Of a stretch of DNA of 64,000 nucleotides, positions 1 to 10,335 are shown piece after piece. Positions within the stretch are counted from its first letter, which is position 1; each line of letters starts with the position of its first letter. The stretch lies in sequence record NC_048170.1; one strand, written 5' to 3'. The notes beneath the pieces were generated by a model that had not been told where the DNA came from, ran no database searches, and was given only the letters and a program-made list of their open reading frames with translations. A program made the translations under genes and the position numbers. The stretch is from Escherichia phage vB_EcoM_Goslar.

Positions 1-406
1 CTGAATACCTGTAACTTTTTTACCATATCGAGCGAAAGCCGCTATCGCATACACTTCGTTGAAGGATTCAATATCCTCTATTTCACGCACGTCAAGACGC
101 AAGGTTTCACCCGTACCTTTCAGAGTTAGATTGCCATCGAACGCGCCTAACGGGATGGTCTTTGCCTTCACCATGAAGTTACCCAGTTTGTTGATTGCTG
201 AACCGAGAGCAGGGCAATAACCGGATACGAAGATTTCCGGCATTCCGTGTTCGGTTAGACCAACAGTATACATAAAGCCAGGCTCGTCGCTTCCCTCATC
301 AGGAGCGACACTGATAATAGCCCACTGCTTTTTCTCGATATATTCTTCGATAAAATCGTCCAGTTTTGAAAAATTGTTTTCATTAAGTTTAACTGTGTTA
401 CTCATG
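1..406 (-). CDS. hypothetical protein, 5' part only (gene runs off the window start)
   Basis: ATG at 406-404 on minus strand; frame stays open to position 1 (MSNTVKLNENNFSKLDDFIEEY...). Absent from ORF track because truncated. Confidence 0.35.
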
Positions 407-679
407 TTCTTTATCCTTTAATGCGTTTTCTAACCAGCGGACATAACTTTCACGATAAAGGTGAATATGTCTTTTACCGTCGCGAAAGTTAGGGTCAATA
501 AGATGAATCGCAGCATGGGTTGAGGTCGTCGCATGCTGTAAATGTTTTCGTGTTAATCGCCCAAGTTTTACCCAACGTTGAATATACCGTGCGTCTGCCG
601 CTAAACAGGTACGTTCATCGATGAAAGGTACCAATACCTGAACGATACTACCGTAATACACCATCGAACTGTTGAACAT
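398..679 (-). CDS. hypothetical protein
   Basis: 93-aa ORF in the minus-strand gene train; no recognisable motif. Confidence 0.35.
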   Translation of the reverse strand: MFNSSMVYYGSIVQVLVPFIDERTCLAADARYIQRWVKLGRLTRKHLQHATTSTHAAIHLIDPNFRDGKRHIHLYRESYVRWLENALKDKEHE

Positions 680-709
680 CTGCGTCTCCGTGCAAATGGA
701 TGGGGCGGA

Positions 710-1018
710 TTAGTGAAGAATTACCGTTTGCGATCCGTTCTCGTATTCGGTAAGTAACTCGTCGTACCGACGATCGACTGCCTTGATTGCATTATCAATC
801 TCCGACGTGTCTGATACAACAGATCGTTTCGCTTCCAGTCGATATACTAACGCATCACGCATACCCTCGGCTGCAGCGAGTTCACAGGTTGCTTGATGTT
901 TATTATCCGAAAAGACGAAGAATGGTTTGTTCTCTTCATCAGCCAAGAAGTAGTTACGAATCTCAACCAGCCTTTCATCTGGAACCAGGTTACAACTGTT
1001 TTCGTTCATTCTCATCAT
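710..1018 (-). CDS. hypothetical protein
   Basis: 102-aa ORF, co-directional tight packing. Confidence 0.4.
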   Translation of the reverse strand: MMRMNENSCNLVPDERLVEIRNYFLADEENKPFFVFSDNKHQATCELAAAEGMRDALVYRLEAKRSVVSDTSEIDNAIKAVDRRYDELLTEYENGSQTVILH

Positions 1019-1023
1019 CTCTC

Positions 1024-1356
1024 TTAAAGTTTTAACGTATTGACGCCGCTTATAAAGGCGTTGATTTCATTGTCGATGTTACCGGTTTGCTCGATAATCT
1101 TCTCCACCATCAATCTTGGTTTGTTATAAGCAATACTTACAGCATCGGGACCATTCCCATACATGCTCGCCACGTAAATTCGAAGTTCTTTTAAACGATC
1201 AAGTAACAACTGCGCGATTTCCAGAACTTCTTCTGTGGCGGTCTGTACATTGCATTCGCGTAACTTGTGCTCTAACAGCGATGTCGCGGCATCGAGCATG
1301 GATGTGTATTTACGGTAGTTATAAATATCAATTATAGCTGTCTGATTCATATACAC
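1024..1356 (-). CDS. hypothetical protein
   Basis: 110-aa ORF, 5-nt gap to neighbour. Confidence 0.4.
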   Translation of the reverse strand: MYMNQTAIIDIYNYRKYTSMLDAATSLLEHKLRECNVQTATEEVLEIAQLLLDRLKELRIYVASMYGNGPDAVSIAYNKPRLMVEKIIEQTGNIDNEINAFISGVNTLKL

Positions 1357-1361
1357 GTTAT

Positions 1362-1730
1362 TTATTTATCGGGGTCTGGAAAATAGTAAAATCGCCAATG
1401 TAACATAGAAATCGCATTTCTTATTCGATTCGCACGAACACGACGTCCGAGAAAGGACTTGTAGCAAGAATCGCAATCCATAAACAACTCATGGCTCGAT
1501 TTCATCAGAACCACGATGTCTCTTATATACGAATTGCAGTACTCGATAAACGGATCTGTATCGTACGTATATTTCCTCGCACTACCTATCCCCAACTCCC
1601 TATTTAACTCACGACAATTTATCATGAGCTTCACATAACGGATAAGCCGAACGAAGTCACGTAAATTACGATTAAACCAATATCGATACCAAAATGACCG
1701 TATATCCCAAACAGTTCTATTTAACTTCAT
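1362..1730 (-). CDS. hypothetical protein
   Basis: 122-aa ORF; start may be internal. Confidence 0.35.
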   Translation of the reverse strand: MKLNRTVWDIRSFWYRYWFNRNLRDFVRLIRYVKLMINCRELNRELGIGSARKYTYDTDPFIEYCNSYIRDIVVLMKSSHELFMDCDSCYKSFLGRRVRANRIRNAISMLHWRFYYFPDPDK

Positions 1731-2361
1731 TGATACCTTCTATTAGTTGTACAGCAACTTCTTTTTCGGTGCTATAAAAGAACTTGCGGTGGAACTGAAC
1801 AAGAAGCTTTTCGAATTTACATTGAACGATCTTTTTGCGTTCGATGTGACCCAGGGAGAGCAAAGCACCCATGCAGCGTACCGCTTGTTCGAGAACCTGT
1901 TTCGCGGTATCGTGATCGTCCGGTAACGGTAAATCTTCCTCGTCATCTTTAGCGATAAGACGTCTAATGATATTATCGATACGTATCTCATCACCGTTAA
2001 TGAAAGCGCCTTTCTCCCATTCATCAAATCGTTGATGGATTCGACGTTGTAAGTTGGCCCTGTCTTCCATTAACTCTTTCAACTGGCTTTCTAAGTTGAA
2101 TACGGTACGGCGGTCGGTATCAGTGAAGTTTTCCGATTCTTTGTACCACCAATCATTACGCGCTTGTAAGTCACTAATGCGAGAAATCGTCCGACGACAC
2201 TCGTTAACAAACGCATCACCGTTCGATAGCTCCGTACCGAAATAGCATTTGTATTTATAACGCATAACGCGGATTAGACGTTTCGCTAGAAAACCTTGCT
2301 TTTCCAGTTTCTTCTTCAATTGCGTGTATTTCTCTTCTTTTGTTTCCGCGATATCTTTCAT
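1717..2361 (-). CDS. hypothetical protein
   Basis: 214-aa ORF; 4-nt overlap with upstream gene suggests translational coupling. Confidence 0.45.
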   Translation of the reverse strand: MKDIAETKEEKYTQLKKKLEKQGFLAKRLIRVMRYKYKCYFGTELSNGDAFVNECRRTISRISDLQARNDWWYKESENFTDTDRRTVFNLESQLKELMEDRANLQRRIHQRFDEWEKGAFINGDEIRIDNIIRRLIAKDDEEDLPLPDDHDTAKQVLEQAVRCMGALLSLGHIERKKIVQCKFEKLLVQFHRKFFYSTEKEVAVQLIEGINEVK

Positions 2362-2708
2362 GCCATATTCTCCGTTATATGCTTTAAACTGTTACGTATA
2401 CTTTTCAATCGACGATTAAATCCGGAACGATAACATTTCCGTACAACCCTTGGCGCTCGCGCTTTATTCGCCTGGTGAAGCTGTTCATTCACCTGCGACG
2501 CTATACGTAAACGTTCTAATAAAGACCTCAACCGAACGACAACCAACGGTTGTTCTTTCACCTTCTCTAGTTTGAGTAAAGAGTCAATATGAAACTTTAT
2601 ATCGATAATCTGATTCCTGTTTTTGCGGTACTGATGAATATACCAGCATCGACGAAAATAGGTGATGCTAAGCATAGGGTGGATCCTCTTCAACGCTATC
2701 TCCAACAA
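2358..2708 (-). CDS. hypothetical protein
   Basis: 116-aa ORF, ATGA-type overlap with downstream gene. Confidence 0.4.
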   Translation of the reverse strand: MLEIALKRIHPMLSITYFRRCWYIHQYRKNRNQIIDIKFHIDSLLKLEKVKEQPLVVVRLRSLLERLRIASQVNEQLHQANKARAPRVVRKCYRSGFNRRLKSIRNSLKHITENMA

Positions 2709-2893
2709 TACATCGGATTAGGTGCTTTATGGCATTTATAAATACCTACTTTCTTCTGTCTACCTTTACCTGGGCCTCGTTTAACGCGTTTGTTATAAAC
2801 ACGATCCAAATATCGAGTGGCGATAAATCGGGATGAATACACCGGGTCGATATATTCTAGCGTACCTGCTTCTGTCACTTCGAGACATTGCAT
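2696..2893 (-). CDS. hypothetical small basic protein
   Basis: 65-aa ORF, lysine/arginine rich. Confidence 0.3.
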   Translation of the reverse strand: MQCLEVTEAGTLEYIDPVYSSRFIATRYLDRVYNKRVKRGPGKGRQKKVGIYKCHKAPNPMYCWR

Positions 2894-2919
2894 TCGTAAC
2901 CTCTCTTTCCTCTAAAAAG

Positions 2920-3126
2920 TCAGTCCAACATAAGCCACGGCATCGCTTTCGCGATAGAATCCACCGCAGCATTTGCGATCCTTCGTTCAGTCGTTGGTAC
3001 CACATGCGCAACAAACCGTTTCCCTTTATTGCAACCTTTCTTGTGTTTTCCTTTGACTAAACGAACACCGATCATGTCGCTGATAACATGATTTAGTATG
3101 TGGCGCTGTAGAGAATTAATCATCAC
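2920..3126 (-). CDS. hypothetical protein
   Basis: 68-aa ORF; start overlaps stop of a small upstream ORF. Confidence 0.3.
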   Translation of the reverse strand: MMINSLQRHILNHVISDMIGVRLVKGKHKKGCNKGKRFVAHVVPTTERRIANAAVDSIAKAMPWLMLD

Positions 3127-3262
3127 TTTTACTCCAGGCTGAGAAGATTCTCGGTTTTAGTTCTATCTGTCCACATATCCAGGTGTATCTCCATTTACCT
3201 TTACGAGGACCTTTCTTATTTTTAACACCTATCAGAATACGGTAGGGGTACGACCAAGTCAT
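3116..3262 (-). CDS. hypothetical small protein (below ORF-track size cutoff)
   Basis: ATG at 3262-3260 preceded by AGGAGG (plus strand cctcct at 3270-3275); about 48 codons, stop overlaps next start. Confidence 0.25.
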   Translation of the reverse strand: MTWSYPYRILIGVKNKKGPRKGKWRYTWICGQIELKPRIFSAWSKSDD

Positions 3263-3291
3263 TCTAACCTCCTAAATAAATCTCAATGTTC

Positions 3292-3618
3292 TTAATGCAG
3301 TTGCTTCTTAAAACCTAATTTAAGAAGCGTCATTCTCTTGTCGATGGTATCTAATGCTTCCAGCAAGGATTCACGCTGTTCTTTCGTAAGCATATCGACG
3401 CGTAGACGTTCGTTAATTTCTGCTTTAAGCTGTATAGGAAGGGTTTGTGTAAGTATGCTATCAGCCTCCATCTCGTAACTATTTTTCGGTATGGGTAATG
3501 CTTCAGTAACACCAGTGAGATAAAAACCGATAGTGGTTACTCGTTCATCCATTGCTTCTAACAGTTCAGAACTTACTTCATCCACGATAGTCCTCCGTAT
3601 TAGGGTGGGCGTACCCAC
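3292..3618 (-). CDS. hypothetical protein
   Basis: 108-aa ORF between a GC hairpin (3603-3620) and thyA. Confidence 0.4.
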   Translation of the reverse strand: MGTPTLIRRTIVDEVSSELLEAMDERVTTIGFYLTGVTEALPIPKNSYEMEADSILTQTLPIQLKAEINERLRVDMLTKEQRESLLEALDTIDKRMTLLKLGFKKQLH

Positions 3619-3632
3619 CCTCAGTTGTTAAT

Positions 3633-4652
3633 TTACACCGCCACCTTAGCCTTGATAGCGGGGTGTGATTGATATCCGACGAACACAAAGTCTTCGTAAC
3701 GGTAATCCGTAATACTTTCTGGTTTACGTACGATTGTTAGCTTCGGTAATGGATACGGCTCACGACTAAGTTGTTCTTTAACCTGTTCGAAGTGGTTGTG
3801 ATAGATGTGACAATCTCCACCCGTCCACACGAACTCACCAACGTCCATATTCAGCTGTTGGGCAAGCATGTGTGTCAGCAGTGAATATGATGCGATGTTA
3901 AAGGGAGTCCCTAAAACTGTGTCCTGTGATCTTGCGAGTAGCATGCATGATAAGGCGCGTGTCGGTACGTTGTGTGTATTCAACCAAAGTTCCGTTTCAC
4001 TGTGTCGTACATCATCCGTAACCCACTGGGTTCTTAATACGTCGTTGCGTTGAACATAATCAACACGTTCATCGATCGTGAGCTCGTGGGTATAGAACTG
4101 ATAGAAACTGTGGCATGCGGGAAGCGCCATATCGTCTAAATCACCTACGTTCCATGCGCTAACGATGATCCGTCGAGAATCAGGGTCTTCTTTAAGCTGA
4201 CGCATCACGTTTGCGATTTGGTCGTGGTGTTTAACATACAAGAGATGTTTGACCATACCGGCGTCAACAACACCGCAATACTCATAGCCGCGTTGCATCA
4301 ACTCACGAGTACGTTCTGTATCGTGCGGAACAACCACTTTGTAGTCGATCCATTCCCGCCATTGTTTGCCGTAAATCGGTCCTAGATTCCCTTCTTCGTC
4401 AGCCCATTCATTCCAGATACGAACACCGTTATCTTGAAGATAAGCAACGTTTGTGTCGCCGTTAAGAAACCAGAGCAGTTCGTGGATAACGCTCTTAAGG
4501 TGAATCTTCTTGGTGGTTACCAGCGGGAATCCTTTCTTCAAGTCAAAACGCATCTGACGCCCGAATACGGAACGGGTCCCGGTGCCTGTACGATCAGCTT
4601 TATCGCGACCGTTATCCATGATGTCTTGCAAAAGGTCCAAATACTGTTTCAT
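3633..4652 (-). CDS. thyA: thymidylate synthase
   Basis: Translation carries the ThyA core: [29 protein letters not shown] (catalytic Cys), [32 protein letters not shown]. Two insertions relative to bacterial ThyA. Confidence 0.9.
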   Translation of the reverse strand: MKQYLDLLQDIMDNGRDKADRTGTGTRSVFGRQMRFDLKKGFPLVTTKKIHLKSVIHELLWFLNGDTNVAYLQDNGVRIWNEWADEEGNLGPIYGKQWREWIDYKVVVPHDTERTRELMQRGYEYCGVVDAGMVKHLLYVKHHDQIANVMRQLKEDPDSRRIIVSAWNVGDLDDMALPACHSFYQFYTHELTIDERVDYVQRNDVLRTQWVTDDVRHSETELWLNTHNVPTRALSCMLLARSQDTVLGTPFNIASYSLLTHMLAQQLNMDVGEFVWTGGDCHIYHNHFEQVKEQLSREPYPLPKLTIVRKPESITDYRYEDFVFVGYQSHPAIKAKVAV

Positions 4653-4852
4653 TTTAATCCTCTAAGTGTTTCAAGTAGTTCCTGAAATTTATAACGATAT
4701 TTAGGATCGCTTAACGTGTAGCAGCAACCATGTAACACGTTATACGCGTAATCGGCTTGTAAACCACGAACCTTCGGATCCAATGATAGATTCAACGGTG
4801 CATCATCAAAAATCCACGCTTCAATGTTCTTCTTGGATTCCTTCGTTAACAT
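4649..4852 (-). CDS. hypothetical protein
   Basis: 67-aa ORF, 4-nt overlap with thyA start. Confidence 0.35.
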   Translation of the reverse strand: MLTKESKKNIEAWIFDDAPLNLSLDPKVRGLQADYAYNVLHGCCYTLSDPKYRYKFQELLETLRGLK

Positions 4853-5017
4853 CGTTTTTCACCTCGTCGTAAAAGTAAATAGAGTTTTGTCGAGACGCCC
4901 TAATTACTTACAACGTCGGTTCTCCCGGCTTCAGAGAATTCTTAAAATCCGTTAGTTTTGATAGATAGGGTAAGACGGCATAAAAGCCTCCCATTACGGG
5001 AGGCTCTATTAATCAGC

Positions 5018-5566
5018 TTATTTCACAAGAACAGCGAATTCGAGAACATGAATAGCTTCATCGTCCATCGGATTTGTCGTGGTATAACCGACGAAGCAAT
5101 AGCCCATATCCACGATAAACTCTCTAAGTTTATCGATGACTGATGCCCCGATACGATCGTCAACAGACAGGCGACATTTACGGGTTATGTTTTGCCCGCG
5201 AGGAACGCCAGCTAACACGGATAGGAAATGTACGATCCGGTTATTGGTTGCGAACTGCTTGAAATCATCGTAGTGCTTAAGGTCTTTCATCGCAGACTCT
5301 ACCGTCATACGACGACCAGGCGACACATACTCAGAATAAGAATAAGCTGCAATCGTGCGGCGGTCTTCAGTGAGGTAAGTATTCCCTTCGGGATGATAGC
5401 TCTCGATTGTTCCGTCTTCATAAGCGACGGTCACAACAGGTGCGCCGTACTCGTCGCGACCGAAATCAATTTTACATTTATCCGAAAGCGGTAGAACCGT
5501 GCAAGGTTTTGCGTTGTTCTCATCAGGGAGATCGTAACCACTCATCATTTTCAAGAACATAGACAT
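5018..5566 (-). CDS. hypothetical protein, member of a tandem paralog family
   Basis: 182 aa; shares NNAKP, TIAAYSYS and a C-terminal ...VLVK with 5653-6186, and its C-terminal half with 6263-6562. Confidence 0.5.
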   Translation of the reverse strand: MSMFLKMMSGYDLPDENNAKPCTVLPLSDKCKIDFGRDEYGAPVVTVAYEDGTIESYHPEGNTYLTEDRRTIAAYSYSEYVSPGRRMTVESAMKDLKHYDDFKQFATNNRIVHFLSVLAGVPRGQNITRKCRLSVDDRIGASVIDKLREFIVDMGYCFVGYTTTNPMDDEAIHVLEFAVLVK

Positions 5567-5652
5567 AATAGAACCTCATGATAATAGATAATAGAAATGA
5601 TAGATAGTACAACAAATTGAGGGGGTATTATCCCACCCCCTCGTAGGGATTA

Positions 5653-6186
5653 CTACTTAACGATCACGATGATTTTTCCGCCCGCACCAGCGTAATATGC
5701 CGTTAAATTACCAGTAAACAACTCTTGTAAAAGACGATTTACGTGACTAACAAAGTTAGGATTGTCTGATTTTACAAACTCGATATTGCGCGTTTGTTTT
5801 ATATCACGATCGATTAAGCGTATTTCCAACAACGCACAAATAAGGCGATCGTCAAGTTTACCACTTGCATCCAGCACTTCTCCATACTTCGTAGCACGGA
5901 CGTCTGCATACATACGGTCAACATCATCCTTCCCAAAACCACAGGAATAGGCGTACGTTGCGATGGTATTACCATTGTCCATCACATAAACGTTACCGCC
6001 TGGGTAATCGATGAATCGTTGATCCTTATCACCATGAGCGACGAACTCCAGTGTCGGTCTACCTAGTGAATCGCGATTGAATTCGATTGTGGTCAAACGG
6101 TCAGGCACCACATGCAATGTAAACGGTTTCGCATTGTTACGATCGCTAGTATCGCAGTTAGCCATTACTTTTACAATAACACTCAT
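5653..6186 (-). CDS. hypothetical protein, member of a tandem paralog family
   Basis: 177 aa; NNAKP, TIATYAYS, C-terminal ...VIVK. Confidence 0.5.
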   Translation of the reverse strand: MSVIVKVMANCDTSDRNNAKPFTLHVVPDRLTTIEFNRDSLGRPTLEFVAHGDKDQRFIDYPGGNVYVMDNGNTIATYAYSCGFGKDDVDRMYADVRATKYGEVLDASGKLDDRLICALLEIRLIDRDIKQTRNIEFVKSDNPNFVSHVNRLLQELFTGNLTAYYAGAGGKIIVIVK

Positions 6187-6262
6187 GTTTATTCCTTAGT
6201 AGTCCTAGTAGTAGTAGTATTGAGGAATTTCACCTCATTAGATAATCAACTTTGGTAATGTT

Positions 6263-6562
6263 TTACTGAAACAAGACATTAAATTCGACGAGATACCCAT
6301 CGGATCTATCACCACGATATCTGTTGCAGAAAACACCGAATTTCATCAAGAACGCACATAACTCTTCGGCTTTGTATAGCGGAATACGATTTTCGTCGAG
6401 CAGAGGGCACTTATGGCTAACCCGCTCCGACGAATCAACGCAACACAAATAAAGAAGGAACCGAACGATAGCCCGGTTCTTAGTGAAGCTCTCGAATTCA
6501 CCTGCAGTTCTGAACTCATCGAGGAGCTTTGTCGTTTTCTTCAATCGTTCACGATCAAGCAT
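6263..6562 (-). CDS. hypothetical protein, resembles C-terminal half of the paralog family
   Basis: KNRAIVRFLLYL...RVSHKCPLLDENRI parallels NNRIVHFLSVL...ITRKCRLSVDDRI in 5018-5566. Start placed at the internal ATG because the longer ORF start overlaps a GC hairpin. Confidence 0.4.
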   Translation of the reverse strand: MLDRERLKKTTKLLDEFRTAGEFESFTKNRAIVRFLLYLCCVDSSERVSHKCPLLDENRIPLYKAEELCAFLMKFGVFCNRYRGDRSDGYLVEFNVLFQ

Positions 6563-6626
6563 GTTAACCTCAACACGAACATAACCCTCCTCCAACCCGT
6601 AAGGGAAGGAGGAGGTGATTATGCTG

Positions 6627-6941
6627 TTATTCTGTTTTAGGTGATGAGCCGTTCTTCTTGAAGTCGGATTCGTATTTCACGTTAGAATCGAGAACCTCAC
6701 GAACGGTTTTATCCGTACAGCCACGAGCGATGTATGCATTAAGATCATCACGTAATTTACGCATCGTTGTTTTATCCGCATCAGAAATATCTGACTTGGT
6801 AAGACGGAATGCGATTGCATCACGAATTTTATTCAACGTTGCTGGGTTATTACGCTGCTCTACAAATACCGCTTTGATGAATGTACCGCTATCTTTCGAA
6901 GCGATGGCTGCATCAAGAATCTCAATATGCTTTTCAGACAT
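6627..6941 (-). CDS. hypothetical protein
   Basis: 104-aa ORF. Confidence 0.4.
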   Translation of the reverse strand: MSEKHIEILDAAIASKDSGTFIKAVFVEQRNNPATLNKIRDAIAFRLTKSDISDADKTTMRKLRDDLNAYIARGCTDKTVREVLDSNVKYESDFKKNGSSPKTE

Positions 6942-6992
6942 CTTCTTTCCTTTAATAAACGATCATCGTCATATTCATTGCGCAGGACGCTA

Positions 6993-8246
6993 TCACTTCG
7001 GAAGCTTAGAGGCCGCCATGCTTCGCGCCTTCGCAACGTCATACGCATCCATGATTGCATCACCGATAGCGGTATGACGGATCAACGGAATACCCATATC
7101 TGGATACTCTTTGGTACCTAAGATGGATACCGGTTTGTCTTGATATGCGGCAATCATCGAACGGATATCCTGAACCTGGTTATAACGACAAACTGGCTTA
7201 AAGCCTGCTTTACGGAACCAATGCTCTAATTGAGGCCAATCTGTTTCACCGCGAGCAAGATAATAGAAGGTATCCTTACCGTAGTAATCAGTAAACACTT
7301 CACGAATTGTGTTAATAAACTCGTTTACTTCGGCGATGGCTTCTTTATAATCCATCACTTTACTATGTTGAAAACAATAGTCACGCGCTTCCTTCGGTGC
7401 TTTGGTTTGCCACCATTCTACCGTTGATTCACTGATACGACCACCGTCGGCGATTTGACCGTGAACGTCAGGGAAGATATCTATACGTGGACCGTTAGCG
7501 ATGGATTCCGGATTAGCTAGATCAAAGAACACAATACCGATTTCCAGCAGTACCCCGTTCTTTTCCAGACTGAGATTCTCAACATCCAGACAAAAAGCGG
7601 GTTTCTCTACCGTTGAAAGATCAAAACGTCCCTCATATCGTGGTGCTGGCTCGGCACCAAGGAACGTCTCTCGGATGAACTGGGAGAATGTTATATTCTC
7701 TGCTACTAAATCAATACCCAATTTACTTAACAAAGGTATAAGTTCACGATCGTTCTGCTGAATTAGCAACATTACTTGGTCGTTGACACAACAACTAATT
7801 GAGTAAAAGAGATGAACGATATCTAACGGTTTGTACGGAGCCTCAAAAATATGTGTCTGGAACGATTGGGCTAGCGCCTTATGCGTTTCTTCACGATGAT
7901 TCATCAGTTGGAAAATAGCACAGCGCAGATAATGTCGAAGTGTTATCTCGTGAAGATGCGACGTATCTTCTTGAAATAACGTCATGAAACCGTGATACGT
8001 ATAATACTCTCCTCTTTTAATTTCTTCGTGGAGTTCTTTGTTCCCCTTTATTTCTTCTGGCGTTATCGGGTCGATCTGATCACGGATAATGTTGAGTAGA
8101 TCATCGCCGTGTACCTTAAACAGTTTTTCAACGTCAAGATTAGGTAATGTCGCAATCGCCGCGTACATTAATGTTTCTGCGGGATTAAGTTCTTTATTGT
8201 CGATTGTGGTGGTTAAAGCCATTTTATTATACCTCATCGAAATCAA
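6993..8246 (-). CDS. hypothetical protein with C-terminal DnaQ-like 3'-5' exonuclease motifs
   Basis: FCLDVEN (Exo I D-x-E), LEIGIVFFD, HTAIGDAIMDAY (Exo III H-x4-D). Confidence 0.45.
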   Translation of the reverse strand: MISMRYNKMALTTTIDNKELNPAETLMYAAIATLPNLDVEKLFKVHGDDLLNIIRDQIDPITPEEIKGNKELHEEIKRGEYYTYHGFMTLFQEDTSHLHEITLRHYLRCAIFQLMNHREETHKALAQSFQTHIFEAPYKPLDIVHLFYSISCCVNDQVMLLIQQNDRELIPLLSKLGIDLVAENITFSQFIRETFLGAEPAPRYEGRFDLSTVEKPAFCLDVENLSLEKNGVLLEIGIVFFDLANPESIANGPRIDIFPDVHGQIADGGRISESTVEWWQTKAPKEARDYCFQHSKVMDYKEAIAEVNEFINTIREVFTDYYGKDTFYYLARGETDWPQLEHWFRKAGFKPVCRYNQVQDIRSMIAAYQDKPVSILGTKEYPDMGIPLIRHTAIGDAIMDAYDVAKARSMAASKLPK

Positions 8247-8266
8247 ATTAGTTCAGTTCTGGTTTA

Positions 8267-8602
8267 TCATTCCGGTCTATCAGCAGTCAGACCAAGTCCA
8301 GTCAACATCACGTAGTCGTACCAAGCTTTTACTTTTGCTTTCGCCTCATCTAAACTGAATGCGTTGATGTGTGGAAACTCATCGTTGACTGGGAAAGGTA
8401 AATCGCAGTCGTAGCTTGTATAATCCTTCCAACCTTTCCACTCGATAGTTAGAGAACCAAAAACGGTCTCAGCGACAACATGGTTATAGCGACATTCTTC
8501 ACATGGCGAGCGCTCTTCCGACCAAACAAGCTCATGCTGCGCTAAAAGTTGTTGTATGACCGATAACGGTTGCTCTTCATTAAGTTCGATGCTGTCTATC
8601 AT
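8267..8602 (-). CDS. hypothetical protein
   Basis: 111-aa ORF, 4-nt overlap with upstream gene. Confidence 0.4.
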   Translation of the reverse strand: MIDSIELNEEQPLSVIQQLLAQHELVWSEERSPCEECRYNHVVAETVFGSLTIEWKGWKDYTSYDCDLPFPVNDEFPHINAFSLDEAKAKVKAWYDYVMLTGLGLTADRPE

Positions 8603-9195
8603 CGCATACCCTCCTTTTCCTTATCGTAATCGCTGCAAATATTGACAAACGCAGTATTATCAGACAGCGTGGCGACCATCTGACGGATTGCGTCCAACGG
8701 TTCAAGTTTAGGATTGATTGATTCACCGGTCAACGCACTTATTGCTCGTGTGATCTCAACCAAATCGACGTTCGGGTCTTTGTCATCAATAATGAGTAAA
8801 CTCTTCGCCGGTTTCTGACGACGTTTGATAATTAACAGATACGTGATGAGATTCTCACGCCAAGCGTCAGAATCCAGATTGCGTATTACGGTTAACGCAC
8901 GACGTTCTTCCGCCCACGATGGTTTCTCACGGATAACAGGCATGTAAGATAACTGCTCAGCAAGCCCTTTCAAACTGACACGGTTGGTGCCACCGGGATG
9001 CTCACTAATCCGCAACATCTCGGCTAACAGACGGACATAGGCGGCTGTTGTCGAAACACCCCGCAGCGGCAGGAACACATTATGTCCTGGAACCCCATCG
9101 TGACTCAGCGGTGCGATATACGCCATGAATCGCCGAATATCATCATCGGTCTGTTCTCCAGCAACGAACTTAAACGCTTCACGTAAAACGCTCAC
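8599..9195 (-). CDS. hypothetical protein
   Basis: 198-aa ORF. Confidence 0.45.
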   Translation of the reverse strand: MSVLREAFKFVAGEQTDDDIRRFMAYIAPLSHDGVPGHNVFLPLRGVSTTAAYVRLLAEMLRISEHPGGTNRVSLKGLAEQLSYMPVIREKPSWAEERRALTVIRNLDSDAWRENLITYLLIIKRRQKPAKSLLIIDDKDPNVDLVEITRAISALTGESINPKLEPLDAIRQMVATLSDNTAFVNICSDYDKEKEGMR

Positions 9196-9481
9196 TATGA
9201 AGTCTCCTTAATGTTTCTTGCATACGTAGTCTCTTCGGCAGAAATAGACGTTTGTATAGATCAATTAACAGATAACGCATAACAGAAGCGACCACCAGGT
9301 ATTCACCTTCAGCTTCCGAATAACGTATCATGTTAATTGGGTAATTCAAATAAGAATAAGAAAAGAGATCATCGTTGGTAAGGTGATGATCTTCAAGATA
9401 CTGACGAAACAATTTTGCTAAGGCATCGTACTCCATTCCGTAGTAACACAACGACACCTGTCTTGCAGATAGTCGTTTCAT
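9179..9481 (-). CDS. hypothetical protein
   Basis: 100-aa ORF. Confidence 0.4.
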   Translation of the reverse strand: MKRLSARQVSLCYYGMEYDALAKLFRQYLEDHHLTNDDLFSYSYLNYPINMIRYSEAEGEYLVVASVMRYLLIDLYKRLFLPKRLRMQETLRRLHSERFT

Positions 9482-10320
9482 GCTGGGTTACCTTTTAGTT
9501 TTCCACGTATCATGTCGACAACGCGTGAGGGATCAGAAATAACACTGGCGATAAGATGATCGATAGGTAGGTCGAGAATGATATTCTTCAGCTGGAAAGC
9601 CGTATCTTTACGGCGCACGCCGTAGAACACGCCATCTTTAAACACAACCTCGTACGAAATGGGGAGCTGGCTAATAACCGTGTTAGCGTAATCACCCAAC
9701 CACATCGACCCCGCCATCAGATGCGCACAAACCGCATGACTAATACGCACATCTTTGTTCTTCCGGCTAACGTCTTTGGTTTTCGACATGGTAACCAGAA
9801 GCTCACCGATCTTACTCAGCATATCGTCGTATACCCCAAAGAACTTAATCAGTTGTCGGGCACCTAACGATATATATGTTTCTCGTGGTAAGACACAACA
9901 CACCTGCGGTAACGTTCCAACCCCATAGACACAACTGTGTGGTGATAATGGAAGCAAATCAGCAACCGCGTTCTTGATGTTGTTATACTCAACGATATCG
10001 TTGAACGGCGAAAGACCTTTCGTAATCGGTTTATCAATCGCCACATCGAACTCCGCGAACGTCCATGCTGCTTTACGTGGTTCCCCTTTCTGGTACGGTG
10101 GAGCCAGCACCGCGACAACACGAAGTCGATGTTCATGGGTATCACGTAGCTTAAGTTGGATACCCTCACCGTCACCCACACGCACAAGTGAGTAGCGGCT
10201 TGCGCAGTCATCACATACCACCGTTGGTTCGTGTTGACCGTATGCTGCAAGCATCGGTTTACTAAGATCTTTATCGCAGTGTTTACAGCGATGATCCTGT
10301 TCCTGATAACTGATTTTCAC
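9478..10320 (-). CDS. hypothetical zinc-ribbon protein
   Basis: N-terminal CKHCDK...CDDC cysteine pairs. Confidence 0.45.
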   Translation of the reverse strand: MKISYQEQDHRCKHCDKDLSKPMLAAYGQHEPTVVCDDCASRYSLVRVGDGEGIQLKLRDTHEHRLRVVAVLAPPYQKGEPRKAAWTFAEFDVAIDKPITKGLSPFNDIVEYNNIKNAVADLLPLSPHSCVYGVGTLPQVCCVLPRETYISLGARQLIKFFGVYDDMLSKIGELLVTMSKTKDVSRKNKDVRISHAVCAHLMAGSMWLGDYANTVISQLPISYEVVFKDGVFYGVRRKDTAFQLKNIILDLPIDHLIASVISDPSRVVDMIRGKLKGNPA

Positions 10321-10335
10321 ACCGAGACCCCTTTG

